A stretch of DNA of 62,402 bases, filler included, from Pirum gemmata (lineage: Eukaryota), in the NCBI GenBank assembly GCA_002812295.1. It is 15 parts of 15 records of this genome, joined end to end, with 100 filler letters (N's around TTAATTAATTAA, not from the genome) between each part and the next. Parts side by side here need not be neighbours in the genome. Positions count along the whole stretch, not along the records: positions 58,460 to 62,402 come from PDIN01001698.1; 14 more parts are not named here. One strand, written 5' to 3'. Positions 62,380 to 62,402 of the stretch are shown piece by piece. Below the pieces are notes generated by a model. It was not told the origin of the DNA and did no database searches. It saw only the letters and a program-made list of their open reading frames with translations. The first letter of the stretch is position 1; each line of letters starts with the position of its first letter. Both the position numbers and the translations under genes were made by a program.

Positions 62380-62402
62380 TAATAATAATAATAATAAAAA
62401 TA

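Noticed and set aside
1..62402. tRNA, rRNA or other structured RNA genes
   Set aside because: None recognised by eye; tRNAscan-SE/Infernal would be needed to exclude them.

Overview
AT-rich, intron-containing eukaryotic DNA, probably a unicellular eukaryote with TTAGGG telomeres (inference). The window is not one locus: fourteen identical 100-nt linkers (N44-TTAATTAATTAA-N44) join 15 unrelated ~3.9-5 kb scaffolds, so adjacency only means something within a scaffold. Recognisable coding content: a 4-exon partial eEF3 gene, an intronless bacterial-type Hsp31/HchA gene, the first exon of a BTG/Tob gene, two CYSTM-type exons, a long polyQ protein with a Myb/SANT domain, a GNAT/NMT-like ORF, two secreted orphan proteins and a possible ZZZ3-like fragment. 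Non-coding DNA is dominated by interstitial telomere-like arrays, AGCT/CTAG tracts, a dimeric satellite and several MITE families, some nested and with intact target-site duplications. The most notable item is at the right end (minus strand): a Dam-like N6-adenine DNA methyltransferase domain (NPPF motif, lying upstream of the start called in the ORF track) fused in frame to a Ty3/Gypsy-type DDE integrase with GPY/F module and chromodomain. All calls are from reading the sequence by eye; no searches were run.
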